Assembly (NCBI RefSeq): GCF_009914755.1
Contig: NC_060927.1
Strand: one strand, 5' to 3'
Origin: the human T2T-CHM13v2.0 reference genome, Homo sapiens
Length of the DNA stretch: 64,000 bases
Both the position numbers and the translations under genes were made by a program. Below the pieces are notes generated by a model. The model was not told the DNA's origin and searched no databases. It was given only the letters and a program-made list of their open reading frames with translations. This document shows positions 29,137 to 42,105 of this stretch, piece after piece (the first letter of the stretch is position 1; every line of letters starts with the position of its first letter).

Positions 29137-29542
29137 TGATATAGTTGGATGTTTGTCCCATGCAAATCTCATGTCGAAATTTGGTCCCCAGTGTTGGAGA
29201 TGGCCCTTGTGGGAGGTGTTTAGATCCTGGATGCAACAGTGGCTTGGTACCATTCTTCTGGTAATGAGTGAGTTCTCATTTTATAAGTTCCTGTGATATT
29301 TTGTTGTTAAAAAGAAGCCTGCTATCTCCTTCCCTCTTTTATTTTCTTCTTCTTGCCATGTGATGCCTACTCCCCTTTGCCTTCTACCATGAGTAGAAAC
29401 TCCCTGAAGCTCTCAGCAGATAGAAATCCTGCTGCCATGTTTTTTCTACAGCTTGCAGAACTGTGAGACAAATATATCTCTTTTCTTTATAAATTACTCA
29501 GTCTAAATATTCCCTTCTAAAAACACAAAAATGACTAATACA
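29137..29542 (+). mobile_element. MSTB-like LTR
   Basis: tgatatagttggatgtttgtccc..aaatctcatgtcgaaat..ggtaatgagtgagttctca..gactaataca. Confidence 0.85.
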
Positions 29543-29968
29543 ATTTTCCCTTGAATTTGGGCACGCTTATGAGGATGAAAGAGGTGACACAGTGTGACTT
29601 TAGAGATTAGGTATGTTTCTTTTAGGATGCTCCAACATGTGTGCTGTGAAGAAGCCTGGGCCACTAGGAGCAATCATGTGCTAGTCTTCTATTACAGAGT
29701 TTCTGCTGAGTTCTGATATTATTGCCAGTAATAGCCAGATAAGGAAATAAATGAAGGAGCCTTCAGATGATAAGATCTCAGCTATAGAGTCATCTCCAGT
29801 CTTTAAGTCTTGCCAGCTGAAGACACAGATATTTTGAAGCAGAGACAAGACACCCCTCAATTCCCTGTTCACATTTCTAATCTACAGACTCTGTGAGTAT
29901 AATAAAATCGCTGTTTTGCATGTTTACATTTGGAGGTGATTTGTTGTGCAGCAATAGATAATTAGAAA
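29543..29968 (+). mobile_element. MLT1H/G-like LTR (host of the MST insertion)
   Basis: gagccttcagatga..gaagcagagacaag..tggaggtgatttgttgtgcagcaatagataa. Confidence 0.7.
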
Positions 29969-30544
29969 GAGTGAGACTTTAGAGAAGCCATATCTGCTCA
30001 TACCCAGTTGGGCTGAAATCACTTCAGTTTTATTATCATTCCTTTGATCATGGTTCAGCCATTTGTGCCAATTTAATTGTGAAAACTCCCTTCATAATAG
30101 GATTATGATTTTCTAAGTACTCATCTTTTAAAGGTTTTCATAAAGCGATTAGCTAACATCTTAAGGCACAACATAAACTTTGGAAGATTTTATTATTAAC
30201 AAAGGTAATTCCTTCATTAATACAGTGGGCTTACATCTGTTTCAACAGTGTATTGGAGAATGTTGCATAATTTTATTAGTTTTTATAATATATGATTATA
30301 TTATAGTTATTTTAAATTTACATGTGGCAAAAAAAGACCAATAATTTTCAGTGTTTTTATCTTCTTTGCTAAGAGTTGTATGAACAAATCCATCTTTAAT
30401 TCACAGTTTCTTTGCAGGAGTAGTTTTAAATCATTCGGTTATTTTGTGAAGAACATTTCAGTTAAAACAAGATTGTTTAATCCATTAATCTTTTAAGTAG
30501 GAACAATTAAATTTCAAACCATTGCAAGATATTTGTTCCTTGTC

Positions 30545-30891
30545 GTAAGACTGAGTGTACTATTCTCTTGCTGACTGTCAGTTGGGGACTCTCAACTCAT
30601 AAAGGGCAACCACAGTTTCTTGCCTTTTGATCCTTCCATATGACCTCTCAGACTTTGAATCTCTTCTTTTCAGGAAAGGCTTAACCCCTTTTAAAGTGCA
30701 CAGCTAATTGGGCCAGACCTACCTAGCTCTCTTTCTATTAATTTAGCATCAATTTGCTAGAAGTCCAATCATAAGAATGATATCCCATTTTATGCAGAGG
30801 TCTCGCCCACATTCAAGGGGGGGAATTATCCTAGGCATATATACCAGGTAGGCAGCAATCCTGTGGGCAATCTTAAACTTCTGATTACCAT
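30545..30891 (-). mobile_element. MLT1 (F/G-like) LTR fragment
   Basis: tctcttgctgactgtcagttgggg..cccacattcaaggggggaattat..ttctgattacca. Confidence 0.6.
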
Positions 30892-33277
30892 GGATGCTAA
30901 AAAAAATCACTAAAAAACAGGTGGCACAGTTGTCTCCTCAGAATTATAGGACCACATTTATCTCAAAAAATCTCAAGAACTATGTGCCCTATGGCTGAGT
31001 AAAAATGCTAGTATTGATTTCTATATAGAGATAAATTTTAACTTTTATTGTTATTTAAATAAAAACAATAAAAAAAGTTGTCTAATACTTGGTTTCCTTA
31101 CACAATGGACTATCATGTCTATATCTTAGCATATGCAGACTTTATTTTCAAGTCCACCCGTATAAGATATGTGCACATCAAAAATTGAACATTGTGTTGG
31201 TGAATGTAAATTCCAGGATATATGTCATATTTGGGGCTCTCAGATGGTCTCATTTAGCCAGGTTCCCTGGGAACAACTTTTCTAATTTGGTCTCATTTGC
31301 ATGAAAGATGAGTCTTAGGCAGAGTCCGTTGTTCAGACTGTTTATCCTTGCAGTGCTCTTACAAGACAGATAAATGGCAGCAGGCCATTGTCATTAGTTA
31401 CATTCCGTCAGTGGTCACCCGGCTGAGAAGGTCTGCGTTCAGAGGCAATTTTTAGAGTTGGGGATTCTTCTCCCTTTCCTATCCCTGTATTTAGTCTGGT
31501 TCAGTTATCAGGTGTATCTTTAATAAGGGATTTTAAGCCATTTTTGTAAGGATAAGCTCTGTTTCAAGGCTCGTGAAAGTTATATCTCTGTGGAGGTGAT
31601 CTTGTCTCCTGGAAATCTGTAAGCCAGGGTAGGAAATCCTTAGGCCAGGTTGCATCGCACTGCCAAGTGGCACATAGTGTAGGCCCTGTGAGATGTTTGA
31701 GTGGGTTTTATGGCTATCATTAATCTTGTAGCCGCATTATATCTCTTATAGCATACTCCAGTCTCATTTCCTATGGATATAAGCAAGATAGATGGGTTCC
31801 GGTATGCTGTGTCAAGACGGTGCCTAAGTTAGTAGGTCCTCAATAGAAAATTACTGAATAAATAAATAATAAGTTGAAGTGGTTATGAGCAGAAGTTTAC
31901 CATAAAAGAAAAATGTAATGGCTGCAAGCTTAGGACTAAAGCAAAGATTTGCCTGTTAAAAGAAATTTGAGACTAGAGGACTGTACAGAAGCACATCGTT
32001 CAGTTTCCTTAGATGTGCCTCCCCCAACCCTCCTTTTTATCTACTACTTACAAGAAAAACAGTTATACATTGAATGAAAAAGAATAAAACAGAGCCATTA
32101 GAATCTCTGCAAGAGACTGAGGACAGAGGATGGCACTATTTTTTGTTCAATGTAATTTTCTGAATTATCCACTAAGTGGTGAAGTGGCTATTGAAGAAAA
32201 ATTAATCAATAGAAATACCTGAGTCACAATGAATCACACTTTAAGTAGTATAGAGACAAAAGTCAGGAAACAGACATGCCAAAACCAGAGAAAATAGGGC
32301 CATTGCAAGTTATGGGACCAGTTCCTGAAGCTGAATGATTCAGGGAGCTCTATGCCCTATAACATTTAGAAAATGTTGGGAGAGAATTGGAATCGTCAGA
32401 TTGCTTGTCTTCAGTTTACGCAAGAACTCACCTGAGAGAAAATACTGTTTTTGTAAATCTATTATCCTCCCTTCCTTACCCACCTTTGGCTTTTGAAGCC
32501 TAAGGATACAACTAGAAAAAATATATAACAGGCTCTACAAAAGTGATCTTCTCTAGTCAACCTCTAAGCATGACTTAAAGCCTTCTGTACCTTTCAGACA
32601 ATAACCCTTTTGTTTTATCAGAACAGAAATTGGGAGAGAGAATATTTTTCATTGGTGACTATGTCACAAGCCAGGGATGATTTATCCTTTATAGAGACAA
32701 TTTATGATTCTGAGGCTTAATCTATATATATTTGTTAAAACATAACCCCACCTAACTTTTCTTTTAACACAATTTTTATATCTTTATTTGCTTTATATTT
32801 CTTATGAATTTGCTCATTGACTACATTTTGAACAAGATATATCAATTTTTATTTTATTATCACATTTGATCTATTTTATATTCAGTGTTTTTTCCAGCTG
32901 CACACATCTACATCCATAATATTTATTGTTTATTTTGGGGGGTTATCAATACTCATTAATGACTTTGGGCCTTATAATTTTTTTCTAAGTCTCTCTCTTT
33001 TTTAAAAATATGTACTTTTTTAAATAGACAATAAAATTTGTGTGAGATTTCACCTGTAATGAATTTAGGAAATTTTCAACGCACTTGCAGCCTTTCAGAA
33101 GCAGTTTTATGAAATGAGGCATAACAGTGTTTTGAACCCAGTTACAAGGTTTTTAAAAAACACAATGTATTTATTACATTTGGGCACATAAAATTTATGT
33201 ACAAAATTATATCCATTAGATAAAGCAGTTCCTTAGTATATATGGAGCTATTTAATTCAAAGCAGTAGGATCCAGTT

Positions 33278-33500
33278 ACTATGTGTGCTGGATCCAACTC
33301 ATATCAGTTTGCAAGAGTCAATTGTTAATTTTTCACAAATTTTATAAACATGTTGATATCATATTAACAGGTAGAAATTGATCATGGTAGAAAATATTTT
33401 ACATCATGGAAATCAGCAAAAGCTAGAAAATAGGGCTTACTCAACTCCCACCCACCCATTTACCCCATCCTTTGGAATGCCAGTTAGGCATTTACCACTA
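33278..33500 (+). mobile_element. MER63A-like hAT DNA transposon
   Basis: tgtgtgctggatccaactcatatcagtttgcaagagtcaattgttaa..catggaaatcagcaaa..catttacca. Confidence 0.7.
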
Positions 33501-33578
33501 TTCTAATTAAGTCTTCAAACCTAAACCAAATTTTACTTAGTAGGCACTTTTATTTTTTATGTTACTTTTTATTTTATT

Positions 33579-33883
33579 CAAGTTTATGTGACTTAAGTAA
33601 AACCTTTAATAAATAGCTAGCTTTAAAAATTATTGCTAACGTGATATTAGAAATGTCTTAAGAGTTGCCAGCATACATTTTTGTTTGCATTTATTGATAA
33701 AGCAGTTTCATACATATCTCTGCCAAATACTATAAGGTTTCAAAATTTGGCATAGAGGCTACAAAACTATAACTCAAACCAAAACAGAATGATCGTTGTT
33801 TTTGTAATTTTTAATAAATGAAATATTAATATTGGTTTAATGAATATAGTTATATCTTGAATTATTTAGTTAAATATCCTAAC
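33579..33883 (+). mobile_element. Orphan MER4-group ERV1 internal fragment (candidate L1 3' transduction)
   Basis: tattagaaatgtcttaagagttgccagcatacatttttgtttgcattt..tgccaaatactataagg..caaaatttggcatag resembles MER4-group int; lies between the L1 poly-T and a second T-rich tract. Confidence 0.6.
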
Positions 33884-34178
33884 TTTTTTTTCCCATAAGT
33901 TATTGGGATACAGGTGGTATTTGCTTACATGAGTAAATTCTTCAGTGGTGATTTGTGAGATTTTTGTGCACCCATCACCCAAGCAGTATACACAACACCA
34001 TATTTGTAGTCTTTTATCCCTTGCCCCCCTCCAACTCTTTCCCCCAAGTCCCAAAAGTCCATTGTATCATTCTTATGCCTTTGTGTCTTCACAGCTTGGC
34101 TCCCACATATTAGTGAGGACATATGATGTTTTGTTTTCCATTCCTGAGTTATTTCACTTGGAATAATAGTCTCCAATC

Positions 34179-34230
<52 letters not shown>

Positions 34231-37200
34231 CACAGTTTCTTTATCCATTCATTCATTGATGGGCATTTGGGTTGGTTTCATGATTTTGCAATTGTAAATT
34301 GTGCTGCTATAAACACACATGTGCATATTTTTCATATAAAGACTCCTTTTCCAATAAGTAGATATCCATTAGTGGGATTGCTGGATCAAATGGTAGTTCT
34401 ACTTTTAGTTCTTTAAGGAATCTCCACACTGTTTTCCATAGTGGCTGTACCAGTTTACATTCCCACCAGCAGTGTAGAAGTGTTCCCTGATCACCAAATT
34501 CAAGCCAACCTCTACTGTTTTCTGATTTTTTTGATTACGGCTATTCTTGCAGGAGGAAGGTGGTATCACATTATGGTTTTGATTTCTATTTCCCTGATCA
34601 TTAGTGATGTTGAGCATTTTTTCATATGTTTGATGGCCATTTGTATATATTCTTTTGAGAATTGTCTATTCCTGTCCTTAGCCCACTTTTTGATGGGATT
34701 TTTGTTGTTGCTGTTGTTTTGTTTTGTTTTGTTTTCTTACTAATTTATTTGAGTTTGTTGTAGATTCTGGACATTAGTCCTTTTTCAGATGTATAGATTG
34801 TGAAGATTTTCTCCCACTCTGGTTTGTCTGTTTACTCTACTGACTGTTCCTTTTGCCATGCAAAAGCTCTTTAGTTTAATTAGGTCCCAGCTATTTATCT
34901 TTGTTTTTATTGCATTTGCTTTTGGGTTCTTAGTCATGAAAGCCTTGCCTAAGCCAATGTCTAGAAGAGTTTTTCCAATGTTATCTTCTAGATTTTTTAC
35001 AGTTTCAGGTGTCAGTTTTAAGTACTTCATCCATCTTGGGTTGATTTTTATATAAGGTGAAAGATGAGGATCCTGTTTCACTCTCCTTCATGCGGCTAGC
35101 CAATTATCCCAGCACCATTTGTTGAAAAGGATATCCTTTCCCCAATTTATGTTTTTGTTTGCTTTTTCAAAGATCAGTTGGCTGCAAGTTTTTGGGTTTA
35201 TTTCTGGGTTCTCTATTCTGTTCCATTGGTCTTATATGCCTATATTTATACCAGTACCACACTGTTTTGGTGACTATGGCCTTAAAGTATGATTTGAAAT
35301 TGGGTAGTGTGATACCACTAGAATTTTTCTTTTTACTTAGTTTTGTTTTGGATATGTGGGCTCTTTTTTGGTTCCATATGAATTTTATAATCTATTTTTC
35401 TAATTCTATGAAGAATGATGGTGGTATTTTGATGGGGAATGCATTGAACTTATAGATTGCTTTTGGTAGTATTGTCATTTTTACAATATTGATTCTACTC
35501 ATCCATGAGCATGGGATGTGTTTCCATTTGTTTGTGTCATCTTTTATTTCTTTCAGCAGTTTTGTAATTTTCCTTGTACAGGTCTTTGACTCCTTGGTTA
35601 GGTATATTTCTAAGGTTTTCTTTATTGTTTTTATTTGTATGTGTGTGTGTGTTTTGTTTGTTTTTGTTTTTGTTTTTTTCAGCTGTTGTAAAAGGGGTTG
35701 AGTTATTGATTTGATTCTCAGCTTGGTCACTGTTGGTGTATAGAAGAGCTACTTATTTGGGTACATTAATCTTGTATCCGGAAACTTTGCTGAATTCTTT
35801 TATCAGTTCTAGGAGTTTCTGGAAGAGTCTTCAGGGTTTTCAAGGTAAATGATCATATCACCAGCAAACAGGGACAGTTTGACTTCCTCTTTACCAATTT
35901 GGATGCCTTTTATTTCTTTCTCTTGTATGATTGCTCTGGCCAAGACTTCCAGTACTAAGTTGAAGAGAAGTGGTGAGAGTGGGCATCCTTGTCTTGTTCC
36001 AGTTCTTAGAGAGGGTGCTTTCAACTTTTCCCCATTCAGTATTATGTTGGCTGTGGGTTTGTCATCGATGGCTTTTATTACATTGAGATATGTCCTTTGT
36101 ATGCTGATTTTGGTGAGAGTTTTAATCATAAAAAGATGCTGGATTTTGTTGAATGTTTTTTCTGCATCTATTGAGATGCTTATGTGATTTTTGTTTTTAA
36201 TTCTGTTTATGTGGTCTATCACATTATTGACTTGCGTATGTTAAAGCATCCCTGCATCCCTAGTATGAAACCCACTTAATCATGGTGGAGTATCTTTTTG
36301 ATATGTTTTTGGATACAGTTAGCTAGTATTTTGTTAAGGATTTTAGCATCTATGTTCATCAAGGATATCAGTCTGTAGTTTTCTCTTTTGGTATATCCTT
36401 TCTTGGTTTTGGTATTAAGCCTATGCTGGCTTCATAGAATGAATTAGGGAGGGTTCCTTCTTTCTCTGTCTTGTGGCATAGTGTCAAAAGCATTGGTACC
36501 AATTCTTTGAATGTCTGGTAGAATTCTGCTGTGAATCCATGTGGTCCTGGACATTTGTTTTATTGGTAATTTTTTAACTACCATTTCAATCTAACTGCTT
36601 GTTAATGGTCTGTTCAGAGTATCTATTTTTTCCTGATTTAGGCTAGGAGGGTTGGACTTTTCCAGGAATTTAGACACCTCTTCTAGGTTTTCTAGTTTAT
36701 GTGCATAAAGATGTTCATAGTAGCCTTGAGTGATCTTTTGTATTTCAGTGGGGTCAGTAGCAACATCTCCTGTTTTGTTTCTTAGTGGTTATTTGGATCT
36801 TCTCTCTTCTTTTCTTGATTAATCTTGCTAATGTTCTATCAATTTTATTTTTCTTTTTGAAGAACTTGCTTTTCATTTTATTTCTCTTTTGTATTGTTTC
36901 TTTTGTTTCATTTTCATTTAGTTCCACTCTGATCTTGGTTATTTCTCTTCTGCTGCTGTATTTGGGTTTTTTATAGGTTACCTGGTGCTTCAGTCTCCCA
37001 GCTCTTAAGACTCTTTTCTTCATCCTAACTTTGGACAGCCTGATGACAATGTGCCTAGACAGTGATCTTCTTGTCATGAATTTCCCACATGCTTTTTTGT
37101 GCTTCCTGTATACGGATGTCTAGGTTTCTAGCAAGCCCAGGGAAATTTTCCTTGATTATCCCCCAAAATATGTTTTCCAAGCTTTTAGAATGCCCTTACT

Positions 37201-39098
37201 CCTCAGGAACACTGATTATTCTTAGGTTAGGCCATTTAACGTAATCCCAGACTTCTTGCAGGCTGTGATCATATTTTTTTATTATTTTTTCTTTGTCTTT
37301 GTTGGATTGGATTAATTCGCAAACCTTGTATTCAAGCTCTGAATTTCTTTCTTCCACTTGTTCAATTCTATTGCTGAGACTTTCCCGAGCATTTTGCATT
37401 TCTAAAAGTGTGTCCAAAATTTATTGAATTTCTGATTGTTTTTTCTTTAAGCTACCTATCTCCTTGAATATTTCTCCCTTCACTTCTTGTATCGTTATTT
37501 GGATTTCCTTCCATTGTTCTTCGCCTTTCTTTGGTGCCTCCCTGACTAGTTTATTAACTAACCTCCTGAATTCTTTTTCAGGTAAATCAGTGATTTCTTC
37601 TGGGTTTGAATCCATTGCTTTTGAGCTAGTTTGATTTTGGGGGGCTGTTGAAGAGCCTTGTTTTGTTATATTACCAGGGTTAGTTTTCTGGTTGCTTCTG
37701 ATTTGGGTAGGCTCTGTCAGAGGAAAGGTGTAGGGCTGAAGGTTGTTGTTCAGATTATTTTGTCCCATGGGGTGTGCCCTTGATGAAGTACTCTCCCCCT
37801 TTTCCTATGGATGTAGCTTCCTGTGTGCCTAGACTGCAGTGATTGTTGTCTCTCTTCTGGGTGTAGTCACCCAGTGAGTCTACCTAGCTCCAGGCTGGTA
37901 CCAGGGGTTGTCTGCATAGAGTCCTGTGATGTGAACTGTTTATGGCCCTCTCAGCTGTGGATACCAGGGTCTATTCCGGTGGAGGTGTCAGGGGGGTGCA
38001 ATGGACTCCATGAGGATTCTTAGCTTTGGTGGTTTAATGCTCTGTTTTTGTGCTGGTTCACCTCCTGCCAGGACTTTGTGCTTTCCAGGGATCATCAGCT
38101 GTAGTAGTATGGAGAGGGACTGGTGGCGGACAGGGCCCTAGAACTCCCGAGGTTATATGCCCTCTGTCTTTTGCTACCAGGGTGGGTAGCAAAGAATCAT
38201 CAGGTGGGGGCAGGGCTAGGTGTGTCTGTGCTCAGAATTTCCTTGGGTGGGTCTTGCTGTGGCTGCTGTGAGGGAAGAAGGTGAGATTCCCAGGTCACTG
38301 GGGTTGTGTACCTAGGTGCATATGGCTACTTCTACTGAGTCATGCTGGTTGTCAGGGAAGTGAGGGAAGGCAAGCAGTCACAGACCTCACCCACCTTCCA
38401 TGCAAACTGAAGGGCCAGTTGCACTCCCACTGTGCCCCAATCAACAGCCCCCAGTGTGTTTCCAGGGAAAGGGCAAGATGGGCTTGACTTGCCCCAGGCT
38501 ATCCGCCTCCCAGCTGCGAAAGAAAAGGGCTTGGTTCTTCCCCTTCCTGTGGAGTCTGCACCCCAGATTTGCGCCCTCCACTGAGTTCTGGCCAGGAGGC
38601 TTCTTGCCCATTCAAATTGTTACGAAGTTCAGCTAGAGATTTTCTCCTCCCTGTGGAGTTTTACCCGTTGCTCCTCTGGCTGCCCTTCCGATGGAACCCT
38701 GTTGTGCCAGATAGGAATGGGCTGTGAGGGGACCCAGTGAGCTCCCAGGGCCTTTTTGCTGTTTTCTTTACCTCTGTATTTTGCTTGGCTCTCTAAATTG
38801 ACTCAGCTCCAGATAAAGTCATAAATTTCTCCCGCAAACAGGCCTTTAGGTTCTCCAGTGGGGTGTGTGCTTGGGAAAGGAGGATTCTCTCTACTTCCGC
38901 AGTTGGGGCACTCACAGTATTTGGGGTGTCTCCAGGGTCCTGCAGAAGCCGCCCACTTCCTTCAGAGGGTCTGTGGGTCCTCTCAGGATTGCCAGTTTAT
39001 TCTTGCAGTTGATCCGGATTTAAAATTCACAGTATGAGCATCAGCTCGCTGCTCTGTCTGAAGCTGCAATCTAGCCCTGCCTCTTATTTGCCATGATG
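33884..39098 (-). mobile_element. L1PB-like element with 5'UTR, ORF1 5' part, internal deletion, ORF2 RT/C-terminus and 3'UTR
   Basis: 3' end tttcccataagttattggg; RT motifs [14 protein letters not shown] and LFAGDM (35809-36222); ORF1 remnants 37196-37768; GC-richer 5'UTR ending gccatgat near 39098; (CA)n at ~34190-34226. Confidence 0.93.
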
Positions 39099-39907
39099 AT
39101 CTCAGGCCTAATTATTATTACATTGCTACTACACAGCTTAAACTTATCTTGACATGAAAGGCACCTGCAAGTATTTTTTTAGTGTTAAAACATGACACTT
39201 TTTATTATAGAGTACATGCTAATAGCTCACTTAAAATAAATAAATAAAGTGCCATTAAAATAAGGAAATTCAAGTGACATCAACAATGTGATAAAAGTAA
39301 AGAATGATATAAGACTAAATGTACACATGAACTTAGGGAGTATTAAATGACAGAAACCCCTACAAAATAAAATTTTGATTTCTTGAGAACTTAACTTTCA
39401 AAGAAATTTCAACATTTTAGCCTACTTGGAACAAATGCTACTTTTAAGTTTGGAAAAGAACTGTGGTACTTTATTGTTCGGATATGCTTTTATATGTTTA
39501 GCAACTCTAATGAAAAATGAAGTTTTGTTGTTTTACCAAATAGGAAAGAAAAATTAGACCAATAGTGCCAATTGCTATTCTGACATTTATAATACTTGTG
39601 GTCACTTCTGTTCTTAAAATCTGCAGTACTTCTGACTGTCATTAAATTAACGAACCTCTTCCTTCCTTCATCCAGCTTTAGTTTTAGATATATTTCCATG
39701 CTTCTAAAAGGTAATTTATTTTCCACTTGTAAACAACCTGCTTGTAAGCCCTACATGTGTAGGAAGCTGGATAAAGTGAAGAACAAGTTCATCCCCCCAG
39801 AGGTATAAATTAAAATAAGATAATGCAAATTTGAAAATATTTATTTCATGGGGTGCATTTGATAGAATCACAATTAACCTGGCTTTTTATTATGTATTAC
39901 TTTTGAA

Positions 39908-40341
39908 TGTCAACATAAATAACAAACAGAGAAAGGCTCTCTAAAAACATTCAGTTTAATCAAAAATAGCAGGGCATTGCAATGCAAATATGCATGCCAT
40001 GGCAACCATGGGTACATTCAGGGATGCAGAAAAAACATGGGGTTTGTAAAGGTAAAATGAAGAGGATTACATAAATAGTTTAAAAATATTAATCCTTGGC
40101 TACAAGGATCAATAAATAATAAGAGTGAGATCATCCCATGGCTAAATAGGCAGTTGCTGGACAGATGTCCTCACAGAAATACTTTTTTCTGTGTGCAAGA
40201 TTGCAGTGGTTCTGCCAATATCTCTTGTGATAGTGTTTATCAGGCAAATATGCATGAGACCGCTCCCTTCCAAGCCTTCCTTGGCTCTATTTTGTGAGGG
40301 TTTGACAAAAGTGACTCCATTTTGGACCTGACAACTTTTGA
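39908..40341 (-). mobile_element. 3' LTR of the outer ERV1 (MER65-like)
   Basis: Homologous to 60814-61300; begins tgtcaac, ends gtgactccattttggacctgacaacttt. Confidence 0.8.
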
Positions 40342-40629
40342 TCCAAAGCCTTCTGATAAGTATCACTGATTAATCATTATGCGCTTAGGTTTTGATTGTC
40401 CTTTGTCTCATCCCACATTGGAAGAAAGAGATTGGTGACAAGTAGTCAGTGTGAAAACCATTTTAGCTACATTTCAGCAACAAAAGAGGGTTAGAAGGAG
40501 TAGCCTCGGGCTAAGACTGCCCAAAGTTTATTAATTTGGTCCATTCTCAGGCTGTCATCTCAAAGCACTAGGCCAACATTATTCTGTTAGGAGTTGTATT
40601 TCTGCAGAATTTTGAAAGGTAAAGGGTAC

Positions 40630-41310
40630 AAATTTTTAAAAGAATATACAGAGTAAAATTGATAGTAATATTGCAGCCCCAATTGCCACAGAAGTTTTGA
40701 GACATAAACCTAGGCTTAAAGTCAACCAACTGAATAAATTATATGACCATGGAGAAGTAGGTAAGACCTGCTGTAAACATAAAGTCTGTCTTTGCATTTT
40801 GTGTATTCGGGTCTTGATTTCTCCAGATAAATGTATAAAGGTACAGCATGTAGTTTTACCCATAGCACAGGTAACATCTTGCTAATAGATATTCAGGAGC
40901 AATTCAGATATCTAGGACTAGCTTACCATGAAAAGTTAATGAATGTTGTTGAGCACTTATAGCTTTTGCAGTGGGGTCTGCAAGAATTCCTAGGGAAACA
41001 GATATATTTGAATCAATTCTACATTAGTAACTACGCTTTACTTCAGCACAAAGGCCCAAACCAAAGTTTGGAATCCCATATTTCACCAGCTGATAACTCA
41101 GGTTGACACTTTGATCTAGTAAGAGGGGGCTCTTCCAATAATTACTCCAGTGATCAGTTTTAGACCTATTATGTATAGACAACAAAGTATTTAAATATCC
41201 TAGTTCACATTGGCCTTCCATTGTGCATGTGTAGAGCATTTGGAGGCTCATAATGAAGTATCCTACACACAAAAGTAAATATACCCAATAGAAACACAGA
41301 CAATTCTTTC
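40630..41310 (-). pseudogene. env: Gamma-type env remnant of the outer ERV1
   Basis: Minus strand reads APEYLLA (immunosuppressive-domain-like), then CAMGKTTCC (CX6CC) TFIHLSGEIKTRIHK, then hydrophobic VAIGAAILLSILLCIFF; SU-like VCVSIGYIYFC near 41280. Confidence 0.75.
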
Positions 41311-41402
41311 AACTAAGAATTTTTTGTATATATACAAAATATATACCAGGAATCAGTTATATTGGTACATAATGTTAATATTCCTTGCTCTCAAAATTAA
41401 GC

Positions 41403-41474
41403 CATATATCTATATATATATATATTCATATATATAAATATATATATATATATATGTTTGTGTGTGTGTGTGTG
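41403..41474. repeat. (TA)n(TG)n microsatellite
   Basis: Directly visible. Confidence 0.95.
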
Positions 41475-42051
41475 TTAGGGGGATCCAAGGAATGGTTGAA
41501 AATAAATGACTCTTTGAATATGGATAGGATTATACTAGTAGAACATTCATTAGAGTAGGTAAGGCAGGAGACAGAAGGTGAAAGTAGGGTTTCTCCTGGG
41601 TCAATCTAAGGGTCCTTGGAAGAATGATGTGTCCATGTGTGGCTCTGCTCACAGCACTGTTTGGAGCTTGATTGCTTCTAGGTGAAAAGAGATACATTTT
41701 ACAAGAAGGTAAAATATAGGGTTAGAATATGAGCGTTAAGATTACCACTGTTAGTGAGGGTCCTATAGACCATAACTGACAGTAGAGTTTGATAGCTGCT
41801 AGTTATACCAATGGATTGCAATACCAGTTTGCCTCCACTAGATGTTGCTGTACATTACCGGAAACATTTATATAAAAGCAACATTCCTTTTAGGAAAAGT
41901 GGCATTGGATTTTGGAGGCTAGAGTAACTTCAGTATTAGCCTTGGCTAGATTTTTTCCTGCAATTATCAATCGCTTTATGATTCCACAGAAATTCTCTTT
42001 CCTTTATAACCTTCTTTGCATAGCCAAGGTTTGACATATTACCAAACCCAA

Positions 42052-42105
42052 TATAGAATAGAATAGAATAGAATAGAGTAGAATAGAATAGAAAAAAATA
42101 GAATA
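42052..42105. repeat. (AATAG)n microsatellite
   Basis: Directly visible. Confidence 0.95.

Noticed and set aside
34405-37768. L1 ORF fragments as an active element
   Set aside because: Fragmented by stops and frameshifts; endonuclease domain deleted.
40636-40863. env remnant as a domesticated syncytin- or HEMO-like gene
   Set aside because: Only a short frameshifted TM fragment survives; there is no long ORF.
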